A stretch of DNA of 64,000 bases, from contig CAVRAY010000001.1 in assembly GCA_963719225.1 (NCBI GenBank), positions 1,920,001 to 1,984,000 of the forward strand, written 5' to 3'. Position 1 is the stretch's first letter. The number at the start of each line of letters is the position of its first letter. This stretch comes from Thermoanaerobaculia bacterium (GTDB lineage Bacteria > Acidobacteriota > Thermoanaerobaculia > UBA5066). Below the pieces are notes generated by a model, which saw only the letters and a list, made by a program, of their open reading frames with translations, was not told the origin of the DNA and did not search any database. The position numbers and the translations under genes were made by a program. Shown here one piece after another: positions 51,283 to 62,200 of this stretch.

Positions 51283-52556
51283 GACAGCACCACGGGGCGC
51301 GGCCCGCGGCCGCAGAGGATGGATCGATGCTTGCTCGCTCGCAGGTCGTCGCCGAACCCGCCTCGAGCCGCGCACTTTTCGACAAGTGTCGAACTTATAC
51401 GGTGCCCGACGACCTCCGCGCCGCGGGGGTCTTCACGTTCTTCAGGACGATCGAGTCCGGCCAGGACCCGGTCGTCATGATGGGCGGCCGCGAGATGGTC
51501 ATGCTGGGGTCGAACAACTACCTCGGGCTGACGTCCCACCCGAAGATCAAGGAACGCGCGATCGAGGCCATCCGGAAATATGGCGCCGGCTGCGCGGGGA
51601 GCCGACTCCTGAACGGGACGCTCGACATCCACGTCGAGCTGGAGGAACGCCTCGCCGACTTCATGAAAAAGCCCGCCTGCGTGACCTTTTCGACGGGCTT
51701 TCTCGTCAACCTGGGCGTCCTCTCCTCCCTCGCCGGCAAGGGTGACGCGATCTACCTCGACCGGCAGGACCACGCCTGCATCTACGACGGCGCCCGGCTC
51801 GCCGTCGGGGCCGAGGTCAAGAAGTTCAAGCACAACGATCCGGAGGACCTCCGTCGCCTGCTCGCCCTGAACGGCGACCGCAACGGGCGGATCCTCGTGG
51901 TCGACGGCGTGTTCTCTATGGAGGGCGACATCGCGCCCCTTCCCGAGTACGCGCGCATCTGCGACGACTACGACGTCGCGTTCATGGTCGACGACGCGCA
52001 CGGCGTCGGCGTTCTCGGCAAGCACGGCCGCGGCACGGCCGAGCACTTCGGCCTCGAGCACAAGGTCGACCTCACCATGGGCACGTTCTCGAAGTCCCTC
52101 GCGACCGTCGGGGGCTTCGTCGTGGGCGAGCCGGACGTCATCAAGTTCATCAAGCACCGCGCGCGCGCGTTGATGTTCACGGCGGCGCCTCCGCCGGCCT
52201 CGGTCGCGGCCGTCCTCGCCGCGCTCGACATCATCGAGAGCGAGCCCGAGCGCCGCGAGCGCCTGTGGGACAACACGCGGTTCATGCTGACCTCTCTGCG
52301 CACCATGGGCTTCGACTGCGGCAACTCCATGACTCCCGTCATCCCGATCGTCGTCGGGCCGGACCATCTCGCGTTCCGGATGGCCGCGCGCCTGGACGAC
52401 GAAGGCGTGTTCGTGAACGCCGTCGTCAGCCCCGGCTCGCCTCCGGGCCGCGCGCTCATCCGCACGTCCTACATGGCCACCCACACGAAGGCTCATCTCA
52501 CACGCGCCCTCGAAGCGTTCCACAAGGTGGGCCGGGAGCTCGGGCTCGTTTCGTAG
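51279..52556 (+). CDS. spt: PLP-dependent alpha-oxoamine synthase, probable serine palmitoyltransferase
   Basis: GSNNYLGL, GSRLLNGT, DHACIYDG, DGVFSMEGD, DDAHG, GTFSKS. Spt preferred over BioF/Kbl from the GSR.LNGT and TFSKS motifs and the neighbourhood. Confidence 0.75.
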   Translation: MRQHHGARPAAAEDGSMLARSQVVAEPASSRALFDKCRTYTVPDDLRAAGVFTFFRTIESGQDPVVMMGGREMVMLGSNNYLGLTSHPKIKERAIEAIRKYGAGCAGSRLLNGTLDIHVELEERLADFMKKPACVTFSTGFLVNLGVLSSLAGKGDAIYLDRQDHACIYDGARLAVGAEVKKFKHNDPEDLRRLLALNGDRNGRILVVDGVFSMEGDIAPLPEYARICDDYDVAFMVDDAHGVGVLGKHGRGTAEHFGLEHKVDLTMGTFSKSLATVGGFVVGEPDVIKFIKHRARALMFTAAPPPASVAAVLAALDIIESEPERRERLWDNTRFMLTSLRTMGFDCGNSMTPVIPIVVGPDHLAFRMAARLDDEGVFVNAVVSPGSPPGRALIRTSYMATHTKAHLTRALEAFHKVGRELGLVS

Positions 52557-52601
52557 AGAAGCCTCTTCTTCCCTCTTCCCGTCATAATCGGCCGACGCCT
52601 C

Positions 52602-55007
52602 ATGCCTCTGACCGAGGGCTCGAAAATCGGCCCGTACGAAGTCGTCGCGCGTCTGGGGGCGGGCGGCATGGGCGAGGTTTGGCGTGCACGCGACCCGCGG
52701 CTCGGGCGCGACGTCGCCATCAAGGTCCTTCCCGACGACATGTCACGTGACCCGGACCGCGTCGCGCGTTTTCGCGCGGAGGCGCGCGCGGCGTCCGCCC
52801 TCAACCATCCGAACATCATCGCGGTCTACGACATCGGTGAGGACGGCGGGCGGACGTACCTGGCGATGGAGCTCCTCGAGGGCACGAACCTGAGACAGCT
52901 CCTCGACGCCGGCGTGCCGCCGCTCTCGAAGGCGCTCCAGATCTCCTGCCAGATTGCCGAGGGACTCGCGGCCGCGCATGCGAGAGGCATCGTTCACCGC
53001 GACCTGAAGCCGGAGAACGTGATGCTGACGACGGACGGCGTCGTCAAGATCCTCGATTTCGGCCTGGCCAAGAGCTCACCGCTCGCGGCCTCGGGAGACG
53101 ACGAGCCGACGATGTCCGCGCCGCCGGTGACCTCGGCGGGGACGCTGCTCGGTACGGTCGGCTACATGTCCCCCGAGCAGGTTTCCGGAGCCGCCGTGGA
53201 TTTCCGCTCGGACCAGTTTTCGTTCGGCACGATCCTCTACGAGCTCGTGACCGGGCGCCGGGCGTGGAAAAAGACCACGCCTGCCGAGACGCTCGTTGCG
53301 ATCCTGAGAGAAGACCCGGCGCCGATCTCATCCGGCGATCACATCGTTCCCGCTGCCGTGAGCCGGATCGTCGACAGAAGCCTCTCCAAGGTTCCGCAAG
53401 ACCGCTACGGCTCGACCCGCGACCTCGCCGGAGACATCAGGTATCTCGTGGACCACTTTTCCGAGATCCAGGCCACGTCGGTCGTTCGTCTAGCCTTGAA
53501 ACCTCCGGTTCGCGGCATGCGCCGCTTCGCCGCGCCAGCCGTCCTCGGGTTCTCCGCCCTCATCGTCCTCGCGGCCCTCGGTGCGGTCATTCGGAACCGC
53601 CTCCAGCACGGTCATAGGGCAATCGAATCGCTCGCGGTCCTGCCGTTCGAGAACGGCACTCGCGACGCCGACAGCGAGTACCTGAGCGACGGCATCACCG
53701 AGAGCCTGATCGACCAGATGTCGCGCCTGCCCGCCCTCAAGGTCATGGCCCGCGCCACGGTTTTCCACTTCAAGGGTTCCATGGATCCGCAGGAAGCGGG
53801 CCGAAAGCTGGGCGTGGGCGCCGTCCTGATGGGAAGGATCTCCCGGCGGGACGGCCGTCTCTCGATCTCGGCGGAGCTGGTGGAGGTCGCGACCGGCGCG
53901 CGCCTCTGGGGCGAAAAGTACGACAGGCCGTTCGCGGACTTGCTCCGCGTGCAGGACGAGATCGCGTCGGTCATCTCCGACGGACTTCGTCTGAAGCTCA
54001 CGGAGCCGGAGAAGCGTGCCCTCGGCCGGCACGGCACCGAGAACCCGGAAGCCTACGAGCTGTATCTCAAAGCGCGCTACTTCTTCTACAAGGACACCGA
54101 GGAGGGATACCTCGAGGCGAGACGGCTCTTTAATCAGGCTGTCGAGAAAGACCCGAAGTTCGCGGAGGCTCATCTGGGCGCCGCGGAGACATTTGGCGTG
54201 ATGGCGGCGGACGGTTACTTGACGCCCGCCGAGGGATGCGCGCGACAACGCGAGGGGGCGCACAAAGCCCTCGCTCTCTCGCCTGGCCTGCCGCAGGCGC
54301 GCTTCGTCCTCGCCGACAGCCGGTTCTTCTGCGACTGGGACTGGGACGGCGCCGAGCGCGAGCTTCGCGAGCTCGTCGCGGACCCAACAGGGCTGGGAAC
54401 CCTCGATTTTCGTGTCCTCGCCCTCCTCCTCTGGTCGCGTGGTCGAACCGAAGAGGCGCTCTCGATCATGGAGAAGGCGCGGCGGGCCGACCCGGGAAAC
54501 CTCGCGTTCACCGTCACGACCGCCGACTACCTCAAGAAGGCCGGCAAACTCGAGGAGGCGGCCGCTCTTTACCGAACCGCGATGGAAGCCGATCCGTTGG
54601 ACCCGCGCGCGCCGTTCGGCCTGGCCGAGGTCCTGAAGCGCCAAGGAGACATGAGCGGCGCGGTCGGCGCTCTGCGCAAGGCTTACGAGCTCACCGGGGA
54701 GGACGAAGGCGTGAAGGCGCTCGCCTCTGCACGCACCGAGAAGGACTACGAAAACGCGCAGGTCGCGGTGGCTCGAGTCCGGCTCCGCGACCTGGAGGCG
54801 CTCGCGAAGGAGCGGTACGTCTCTCCGCTCGACCTGGCGCGCCTCGCGGCGCAGGCTGGGGAACGCGAGAAGGCGTTCCAACACCTCGATGCGGCGTTCG
54901 CCGAGCGCTCCGGCGGGCTCGTCCTTCTCAATGTGGATTCGGCATGGGACCGGATCCGCGAGGAGCCCCGATTCGCCGCTCTCGTTAAAAAGGTCGGAAT
55001 CCCCTGA
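52602..55007 (+). CDS. Ser/Thr protein kinase with TM, TolB-like and TPR domains
   Basis: GAGGMGEV, AIK, HRDLKPEN, DFG, YMSPEQ, SLAVLPF..YLSDGITE, TPRs. Confidence 0.93.
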   Translation: MPLTEGSKIGPYEVVARLGAGGMGEVWRARDPRLGRDVAIKVLPDDMSRDPDRVARFRAEARAASALNHPNIIAVYDIGEDGGRTYLAMELLEGTNLRQLLDAGVPPLSKALQISCQIAEGLAAAHARGIVHRDLKPENVMLTTDGVVKILDFGLAKSSPLAASGDDEPTMSAPPVTSAGTLLGTVGYMSPEQVSGAAVDFRSDQFSFGTILYELVTGRRAWKKTTPAETLVAILREDPAPISSGDHIVPAAVSRIVDRSLSKVPQDRYGSTRDLAGDIRYLVDHFSEIQATSVVRLALKPPVRGMRRFAAPAVLGFSALIVLAALGAVIRNRLQHGHRAIESLAVLPFENGTRDADSEYLSDGITESLIDQMSRLPALKVMARATVFHFKGSMDPQEAGRKLGVGAVLMGRISRRDGRLSISAELVEVATGARLWGEKYDRPFADLLRVQDEIASVISDGLRLKLTEPEKRALGRHGTENPEAYELYLKARYFFYKDTEEGYLEARRLFNQAVEKDPKFAEAHLGAAETFGVMAADGYLTPAEGCARQREGAHKALALSPGLPQARFVLADSRFFCDWDWDGAERELRELVADPTGLGTLDFRVLALLLWSRGRTEEALSIMEKARRADPGNLAFTVTTADYLKKAGKLEEAAALYRTAMEADPLDPRAPFGLAEVLKRQGDMSGAVGALRKAYELTGEDEGVKALASARTEKDYENAQVAVARVRLRDLEALAKERYVSPLDLARLAAQAGEREKAFQHLDAAFAERSGGLVLLNVDSAWDRIREEPRFAALVKKVGIP

Positions 55008-55049
55008 GGCGACTCGGCCCGTCAGAGAGATCGGAAGCCAGTGGCGCGC

Positions 55050-55577
55050 TCAGGGTTTCAGGTCGACGTTCTTTCTCGCCTTCGCGTGCAGCCCGACGGC
55101 CTCGTCGAGGGCGTCGAGGAGGGAGTCGCCGCTCGCGGGAGCCTTCAAGACGACTCCCCAGATCCTGCGCGCCTCCGCGAGCTCCTGGCGCGACGCGTTG
55201 TTGAGGACCGGGAGGATGACCGGGCCGGAGGATCCCGCCGGCGCGCGTTTCTCGACCGTCCGCGCGTCCGCGATGTCCACGAGCACGACGTCCGGGCTCT
55301 TGCCCCTCAGGAGTCCGTCGAGGTCCTGGGCGGAGGCGGCGGTGGCGGGACGGTAACCCGCGCGACTCAGGACGCTGTCGACGGAGAGATTCGCGAGTCC
55401 TGCGCTGAGAGCCGAAGCGGGGGGCGCGTAGATCAGGACCGTCGCGCGCGCGTTTCCGCGCTGAAAGCGTGCGCCGCGCCCGGCCACGAGGAACTTGTCG
55501 CCGCAGGCGAGGAGACTGGTGTTCGCGAAGACTCCTGCGATGCCGACGAAACCAATTACGCCGACGCGAAATCTCAT
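55050..55577 (-). CDS. Exported protein with receiver-like fold
   Basis: Signal peptide then ACGDKFL, PDVVLVD, VLKAP. ATG 55577. Confidence 0.6.
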   Translation of the reverse strand: MRFRVGVIGFVGIAGVFANTSLLACGDKFLVAGRGARFQRGNARATVLIYAPPASALSAGLANLSVDSVLSRAGYRPATAASAQDLDGLLRGKSPDVVLVDIADARTVEKRAPAGSSGPVILPVLNNASRQELAEARRIWGVVLKAPASGDSLLDALDEAVGLHAKARKNVDLKP

Positions 55578-55653
55578 GAACCCCCCAGGCCTGCGCGACC
55601 GGTCGAGAACCGGTCTCACCGCGTGACAAGAATAGCAGAAGGCGGCGCCCGCG

Positions 55654-56595
55654 TTACTTGGTTCCACCGAAATACCACGTCGCTCCGACGGTGTAGGCCT
55701 GCCCGTCGTGTGTGTCGGTTCCCCAGACGTACTTCGTGAACGAGGCAAAGACGTCGAACGATCCAACGGAGTACGAGACTCCGCCTCCGGCCTGCCAGTA
55801 GTTGTTGCGAAAGAGACGATGGAACTCGTCGAGGCGCTCGGGAGTATTGACGTCCCCGGGGAAGGGAAACGGGTCTCCACTCGGGGACCCGAGCCTCAAG
55901 CCGCCGTGCGTCTTTTGCCAGACACCGGTCGCGCGGAGGAAGAGCCGGCGGGTCACCGCGTACCCGATCTCGACCGTGCCGTTGCTCCGGTCGTTCGGAA
56001 TCCCGAGGAACTGCTCGACGAACGAGTACGTGTAGCCGGCCTGGAGGCTGGCCTTGGGCAGAAGGCCGGCGAGGCGCAGAGACGCGTTCACGCCCAGCGC
56101 GACCTCCCTGCGATCGAAACCCACGACCGCCTCCCCCTGATAGGGATAGTCGTGGCTGGGTTCGACCAGCCTTACGAGCGGGGTGACGGCCCACGGGTCG
56201 TTTCCGAGGCGGTAGCGGGCCGTGAGGGAAAAGTCCTGGAAAGTCGAATGCCAGCAATGGCACTCGTCGTTGGCAGAGTAGTCGTAGGGGATAAACGGCG
56301 GCGGCGGCCCCCCCAGCCATCTCGCGAAGACGTAGGGAAGGCCGAGAGTCGCGGAAAGGCGATCCGTGACGCCGTAATCCGCCTCGAGGAACACGGTGAC
56401 CGTTTCGGTGGGCCCGACCGACAGGCGGGTTCCGTCGCTGAACCGGCGGCCGGTGTCGTCGTAGTACTGGAGGGCGAAGGTCAGGGATCCGACGCCCCTC
56501 GGGAGCGTAAAGGCCTGCGCGGCGAGGGGAGCCGGAACGGACGCGAGCGCGCCCGCGACCGCGAGAGGGAAAAGGAAACGGCGCGCCGCGGTCAT
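55654..56595 (-). CDS. Putative outer-membrane beta-barrel protein
   Basis: Signal peptide, DYGVTDRL, alternating aromatic/hydrophobic strands, terminal GATWYF. Confidence 0.65.
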   Translation of the reverse strand: MTAARRFLFPLAVAGALASVPAPLAAQAFTLPRGVGSLTFALQYYDDTGRRFSDGTRLSVGPTETVTVFLEADYGVTDRLSATLGLPYVFARWLGGPPPPFIPYDYSANDECHCWHSTFQDFSLTARYRLGNDPWAVTPLVRLVEPSHDYPYQGEAVVGFDRREVALGVNASLRLAGLLPKASLQAGYTYSFVEQFLGIPNDRSNGTVEIGYAVTRRLFLRATGVWQKTHGGLRLGSPSGDPFPFPGDVNTPERLDEFHRLFRNNYWQAGGGVSYSVGSFDVFASFTKYVWGTDTHDGQAYTVGATWYFGGTK

Positions 56596-56781
56596 CGTGC
56601 CACGCTTTCGCGCATCCAGGTCTCACGAACCTCGATCGGGTTCATCTGAGCCTCCCGAGCCTCGCCGGCTCGTCGAAAACAGTTCCGGGATGTCCATCGA
56701 AGATATCAAAGGCGGCGCCGCCCACGTTCAATCTGGCGCCGTGACCGGCGGAAGTCCTTGTAGAATTCTCAGGATTTCCTG

Positions 56782-57435
56782 ATGACCGCGAGCGTCGACC
56801 CTCCGAAAAAGGTCTCCATTGGCGCCTTCGCCTTCGACGCGGAACGCCGCCAGATCCTCGGAGAAAGCGGGCCGGTCGCTCTTTCTTCGAAGGAGTTCGA
56901 GCTCCTTGCCCTCCTCGTCTCGAGGAGGCCGCGCGCCGTCTCGAAGGAAGAGATCCAGGACGCGCTGTGGCCCCGAACGGCCGTGGCCGAGACGAGCCTG
57001 ACCACGCTCGTCAGAGAAGTTCGGACCAAGCTCGGCCAGGAGGGCCGCGAAGGGCCCATTCGCACCGTGCATGGTTTCGGATACGCGCTGGAGGCCGACG
57101 AGGAACTCCCGGCGCAATCCACGGGACCCCGCCTCCTGCGGGGTGCGGCGGAGATCAAGCTGGCGTCGCCCGAGCTCGTTCTGGGGCGCGAGCCGGGACA
57201 CCCCGGAACGATCGACGACGCCTCCGTTTCGAGGCGCCACGCGCGCCTGAGCTGGGACGGCGCGGCGGTCTTCCTGTCGGACCTCGGGAGCAAGAACGGG
57301 ACGTTCGTGAAGGGAGTCCGCGTCTCCGAACCCGTCGCTCTCGAGGACGGGGACGAGATCCGACTCGGCCTCGTGTCGTTCGTCTACCGTGCGCCGCGTT
57401 ACGCGGGCGAATCAACCACGAATACGGTCGCTTGA
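56782..57435 (+). CDS. OmpR-type winged-helix plus FHA domain regulator
   Basis: KEFELL..LWP..IRTVHGFGY, FHA motifs LGR..SVSRRHA..DLGSKNGT. Confidence 0.9.
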   Translation: MTASVDPPKKVSIGAFAFDAERRQILGESGPVALSSKEFELLALLVSRRPRAVSKEEIQDALWPRTAVAETSLTTLVREVRTKLGQEGREGPIRTVHGFGYALEADEELPAQSTGPRLLRGAAEIKLASPELVLGREPGHPGTIDDASVSRRHARLSWDGAAVFLSDLGSKNGTFVKGVRVSEPVALEDGDEIRLGLVSFVYRAPRYAGESTTNTVA

Positions 57436-57436
57436 T

Positions 57437-57943
57437 TCATCGCGGCGCCAGGGCGCGTCGCCCGGGGTCCGTCGCGCGGTCGATCCGAAACATGAAGCAT
57501 CCCCAGGTGCTGTTCCGTGCGTGCAGGTACGAAACGCGCGGATTCTCGAAGAGGCGCGCGATGACGTGCTCGACCGACTGCTTCCCCACGAGTTCCGCGT
57601 CCTCGATCTCGTCCCGTTCGTCGTACGCGCGCAGGACGACGGCTTCGCGTGGGAACTCGACGGGGTATTCCCGATCGTCTTCGTAAGGTCGGCATTCCCT
57701 CTCGTGAATGAAGACGGGACCGACCTCGGCGTACGGCTGATCGGACGTGAAAGGAGAGTAGGACAGGAGGATGCATCCTTCCCCGGGTTCCGTCAGCCGG
57801 AGGCAGGCGCGACATTGATGGGGAGAGGGGTCGCGGCGCACCGAGAGGGAATGGCCGAAGTCGTCCTTCATCTCGCGGCGAATCCGCGAGGCGACGTCGG
57901 GGTGAAGCGGGGAGATCCGGAACGACTCCACGAGTACTTTCAT
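57437..57943 (-). CDS. DUF1203 domain protein
   Basis: CRACL, PYAEVGPVFIH, LRAYD, YLHARN..GCF. Confidence 0.85.
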   Translation of the reverse strand: MKVLVESFRISPLHPDVASRIRREMKDDFGHSLSVRRDPSPHQCRACLRLTEPGEGCILLSYSPFTSDQPYAEVGPVFIHERECRPYEDDREYPVEFPREAVVLRAYDERDEIEDAELVGKQSVEHVIARLFENPRVSYLHARNSTWGCFMFRIDRATDPGRRALAPR

Positions 57944-58071
57944 GCTCACAAGATGCACCGTCGGCGGCTGGGAATCTGGCCGTTTTCGGACGTGACAACC
58001 CGGGCCCTGCTCTCGAGCTTGATCGCCCCGAGCCGCTGTGAGACCGTCCACGCCCGGAGGCGCAAAGGGGC

Positions 58072-59223
58072 GTGAGCGATTCGGCGGCCGTGCGGGTGGA
58101 TCCCGTCTCCTCCTCGCCCGACCTCAAGGAGTTCGTCGAGCTGCCGTACCGAATTTACGCCGGTGATCCGAGCTGGCCGCCGCCGCTGCGCTCGGACGTG
58201 CGCTGGATGCTCGACGAGGCGAAGAATCCGTTCTGGAAACACGCGAAAAGGAAGCTCTTCCTGGCGCGGCGCGGGGGCAAGGTCGTCGGTCGCATCGCGG
58301 CGATCGCGGACGCCGAGCACAACCGGGTCCACGCGGACAAGACGGGGTTCTTCGGATTCTTCGAATGTGAGAACGATCCGGAAGCGGCGCGCGCCCTTCT
58401 TGGCGCCGCCGAGGCTGCGGCGCGAGAGCTCCTCCCGGGCTGCGACCGGTTGCGAGGCCCCGCGAACCCATCCTTGAACGACGAGGTGGGAGCATTCGTC
58501 CCGGGCGAAAGCGACCCGGGGCTGCCGTTCCTCATGATGACGTACAACCCCGCGTATTACCTCGACCTCTTCGCGGACGCGGGCTACGCGAAGGAGAAGG
58601 ACCTCGTCGCGATCCTCGCGCCCGTGAGCGACGTCTCGTTCAAGCGCCTCGCGCGCCTCGCGGAAGGCGTGAGGCGCCGCGAGCCCAAGCTCGTCGTGCG
58701 GCCGATCCGCATGGGCAAGTTCGACGAGGACCTCGCGATCGTCAAGACGATCTACAACGGGGCGTGGGAGAAGAACTGGGGCTTCGTGCCGATGACGTCC
58801 GACGAGATCGACGCGATGGCGAAGAAGCTCAAGCCCATCCTCTATCCGCCCTACATCCTCTTCGCGGAGATCGACGGGAAGCCCGCGGCCTTCCACCTCG
58901 CGCTTCCGGACTTCAATCAGGTCCTCGTGAAAATGGGAGGATCGCTGTTTCCCCTCGGTTGGCTGAAGTTCCTGACCGAGAGGAAGAAGATCGACCGCTG
59001 CCGCACGATGGCGCTCGGCGTGCTGCCGGAGTACCGCAAGCGGGGCCTCGACGCCGTCCTCTATTACGAGGCCATGAAGGAAGGAATCCGCATCGGCCAC
59101 AAGTGGGCGGAGTTCTCGTGGATGCTCGAAGACAACCTCGACATCCTGAAACCCCTCGAAGTGTTCGGCGGGCGCGTGTACCGGCGCTACCGGCTCGTCG
59201 CACGGAGCCTCGTCGCGCCGTAG
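58072..59223 (+). CDS. Tandem-GNAT acyltransferase (YghO-like), candidate bacterial ceramide synthase
   Basis: VGRIAAI, GFFGFFEC, YNPAYY, NWGFVP, LPDFN, LGVLPEYRKRG, SWMLEDN. Confidence 0.75.
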   Translation: MSDSAAVRVDPVSSSPDLKEFVELPYRIYAGDPSWPPPLRSDVRWMLDEAKNPFWKHAKRKLFLARRGGKVVGRIAAIADAEHNRVHADKTGFFGFFECENDPEAARALLGAAEAAARELLPGCDRLRGPANPSLNDEVGAFVPGESDPGLPFLMMTYNPAYYLDLFADAGYAKEKDLVAILAPVSDVSFKRLARLAEGVRRREPKLVVRPIRMGKFDEDLAIVKTIYNGAWEKNWGFVPMTSDEIDAMAKKLKPILYPPYILFAEIDGKPAAFHLALPDFNQVLVKMGGSLFPLGWLKFLTERKKIDRCRTMALGVLPEYRKRGLDAVLYYEAMKEGIRIGHKWAEFSWMLEDNLDILKPLEVFGGRVYRRYRLVARSLVAP

Positions 59224-59224
59224 A

Positions 59225-62200
59225 ATGCCGTTCAAGGTTTTCCGGTTGAAGTATCCGGTTCGATCTCTTGCGCTCGGTGTCTGCGCCCTCGTCGCGCTCT
59301 GCGCCGCGGCGCCGGCCCGGGCTCAAACGTACGAGATCGTCACCGCGTTCACCGTTCCCGCCGCGCAGCCGGTCGCCGGCCTCGTGCAGGGGACCGACGG
59401 CTTCTTCTATGGAACGACGCGGGGCGGGGGGGCCTCCTCCGGCGGCACGGTCTTCAGGATCGACTCCGCCGGCAACCTCACGACGCTTCACACCTTCTCT
59501 TACGAGGACGGGAACGACCCTGAGGCCGGCCTCATTCAGGCGAGTGACGGCAGCTTCTACGGCACGACGTACGGGGGTGGCGCGCACGGTTTCGGCACGG
59601 TGTTCAAGATCGACAGTGCCGGCGACCTGACCACCCTGCACTCGTTTGCTGGCGACGACCAGAGCACGTCCGGCAACGACGGGGGCCATCCTGTCGCCCC
59701 GCTCGTGCAGGCGCCCGACGGGAACTTCTACGGCACCACGTCCTCGGGCGGCCTCTCGTTCAACGACCTCGGCACCGTCTTCAAGATGACACCCGCCGGG
59801 ACGGTGACGATCATCCACAGCTTCACGGGGGGCCCGAGCGACGGCGTCTATCCGGTCGCCGGCCTCGTCTACAGCTCTGCAGACGCGAAGCTGTACGGCA
59901 CGACCCAGGTCGGAGGAGGCGGCTCGGGCATGGTGTTCCGCCTCAGCCTCGACGGATCGAACTTCGCCGATCTTCACAACTTCGTGATCACCGACGGCGC
60001 CGCCCCGAGCGCCGCCCTCGTCGCTGCGAACGGAAAGTTCTACGGCACGACGAAGTCGGGCGGCAGCGCCGGCTTCGGGACGATCTTCAGCATCGACGTC
60101 CCCGGCACATTCGCGGTGCTGAAGCACCTCGGCGCTGCCGACGGGCATGCTCCGACCGCGCCGCTCTTCCTCGCGGGCGACGGAAAGCTCTACGGCACGA
60201 CGACGGCCGGCGGCACCAACGATCTCGGGACCACCTTCAAGGTCGATTTCGCCGGCACCCTGACGACGCTGCACCCGATCGCCGCGGGCGAAGGCTCCAC
60301 GCCGCTCGGCGGAGTCGTGCAGGGAAGCGACGGCAACTTCTACGGGACGGCGAGGGACGGCGGCGCGTTCGGCGGCGGCACCGTGTTCAAGATGACTTCC
60401 GCGGGGGCGCTGACGAAGATCTACGACTTCGGTGGTTCGAGCACCGGCTACGAGCCGGAGTCGGGCGTCCTGCAGGCGAACGACGGCAATCTCTATGGCA
60501 CGACGTTCTGGGGCGGCCCGGGCAACTTCGGGACCATCTACAAGCTCACGTTCGCCGGAACGCGTACGATCGTCCACAACTTTTCCGGCGCCGACGGCTC
60601 CGCGCCGTGGGCCAAGCTCATTCAGCTCAGTGACGGCAAGCTCTACGGCACTGCCAGCCGCGACGGCGGGTCGCACTGGGGCACCGCGTTCAGCGTCACC
60701 CTTGCCGGCACCTTCTCGCTGCTCCACAGCTTCAATGGGACCGACGGGCTCGGCCCCCGTGATGCCGCCCTCGTTCTGCGGCCGGCCGACGGCATGCTCT
60801 ACGGCACGACCGAGGGCGGGGGCACGGGTCTCGGGAACGCGTTCAAGATGTCGACCGCGGGCGCGGTCACGTCCATCCACGCCTTCAACTTGACGGACGG
60901 CGCCTACCCGAGCGACGGCCTGCTGCTCGGGACCGACGGAAACCTCTACGGTACGACCGCGAGCGGAGGCGCCGCGGTCGCCCAGGGCAACGTCATCAAG
61001 ATCACGCCCGCCGGAGCCGTGACGGTCCTCCACGAGTTCAACCACACGCAGGGCGCCGACGATGACGGCATGTGGCCCGTGGGCGGTCTCATCCGCGCGA
61101 CGGACGGCAAGTTCTATGGGACGACGCGCGCAGGCGGCGCGAACACGGCCGGAAACGTCTTCCGGATCGACGCCGCCGGCACCTACGCCTCCATCCACAG
61201 CTTCTCGGGAAGCGACGGGAGCGAGCCTTACGGCAACCTCCTGCAGGCCTCCGACGGCAGGCTCTACGGCACCACCTTGACGGGCGGCGCCCATGGCCAC
61301 GGGACGGTCTTCAGTATCGACACCGCCGGCACCGACTTCTCGTCGCTTCACAGCCTTACGCTCGAGGAGGGTGCGGGCCCGCGCGGCGGCCTGATACAGG
61401 CTTCCGACGGCAAAGTCTACGGCGTCACGGGTGGGGGAGGCCCGGGAAAAGCCGGTGTCGTCTTCAGACTGACGCTCGCGGGCTGCACGCCTCCGGCGCC
61501 GCCGACCGCCGGCAACAACGGGCCGAAATGCGCGGGGCAGACCCTGCAGCTCACCGCCTCGACGATCGGAGGCGCGACGTACGCGTGGACCGGTCCCAAC
61601 AGTTTCACGTCGGCGCTGCAGAACCCGAGCATCGCCGCCGCGACGACCGCGGCCTCCGGCACGTACAGCGTGCGGGCCACCGTGGCCGGCTGCACGTCGG
61701 CCGCCGCCACGACGACGGCGACCGTCAATCCGCTCCCGTCCCCGGCCATCACCGCGCCGTCACCGCTTTGTCCCAACGTTACGGGCCAGGTCGCGTCGGT
61801 CCCCGCCGCGGGACCTGGCGCCACGTACGCGTGGTCGATCGTGAACGGAACGATCACGGCCGGCTCCGGCACGCGCACGATCACGTTTTCGGCGGGCGCA
61901 AGCGGCAGCGTCACGTTGAACGTCACCGTGACGAGCGCGAGCGGCTGCGCCTCCTCCGGTTCGCTGCCGATCCCGATCTCCACTTCCTGCGGCTCCGCGT
62001 CGCGCTTCTTCCCGGTGACACCGTGCCGGCTCGCCGACACGCGCAATCCGACAGGCCCCCTCGGAGGCCCGGCGCTCGCCGCGGGAGCGCAGCGCTCGTT
62101 CCCGTTGACCGGCACGTGCGGCGTCCCGGCGGGAACGCGCGCTCTCTCTCTGAACGTCACGATCACGTCCCCGACGTCCGCCGGCGATCTGAAGCTCTTC

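Noticed and set aside
51279-52556. BioF or Kbl assignment for the AOS enzyme
   Set aside because: No bio or tdh genes are nearby, and the motifs and SDR/GNAT context favour Spt. Phylogeny is still needed.
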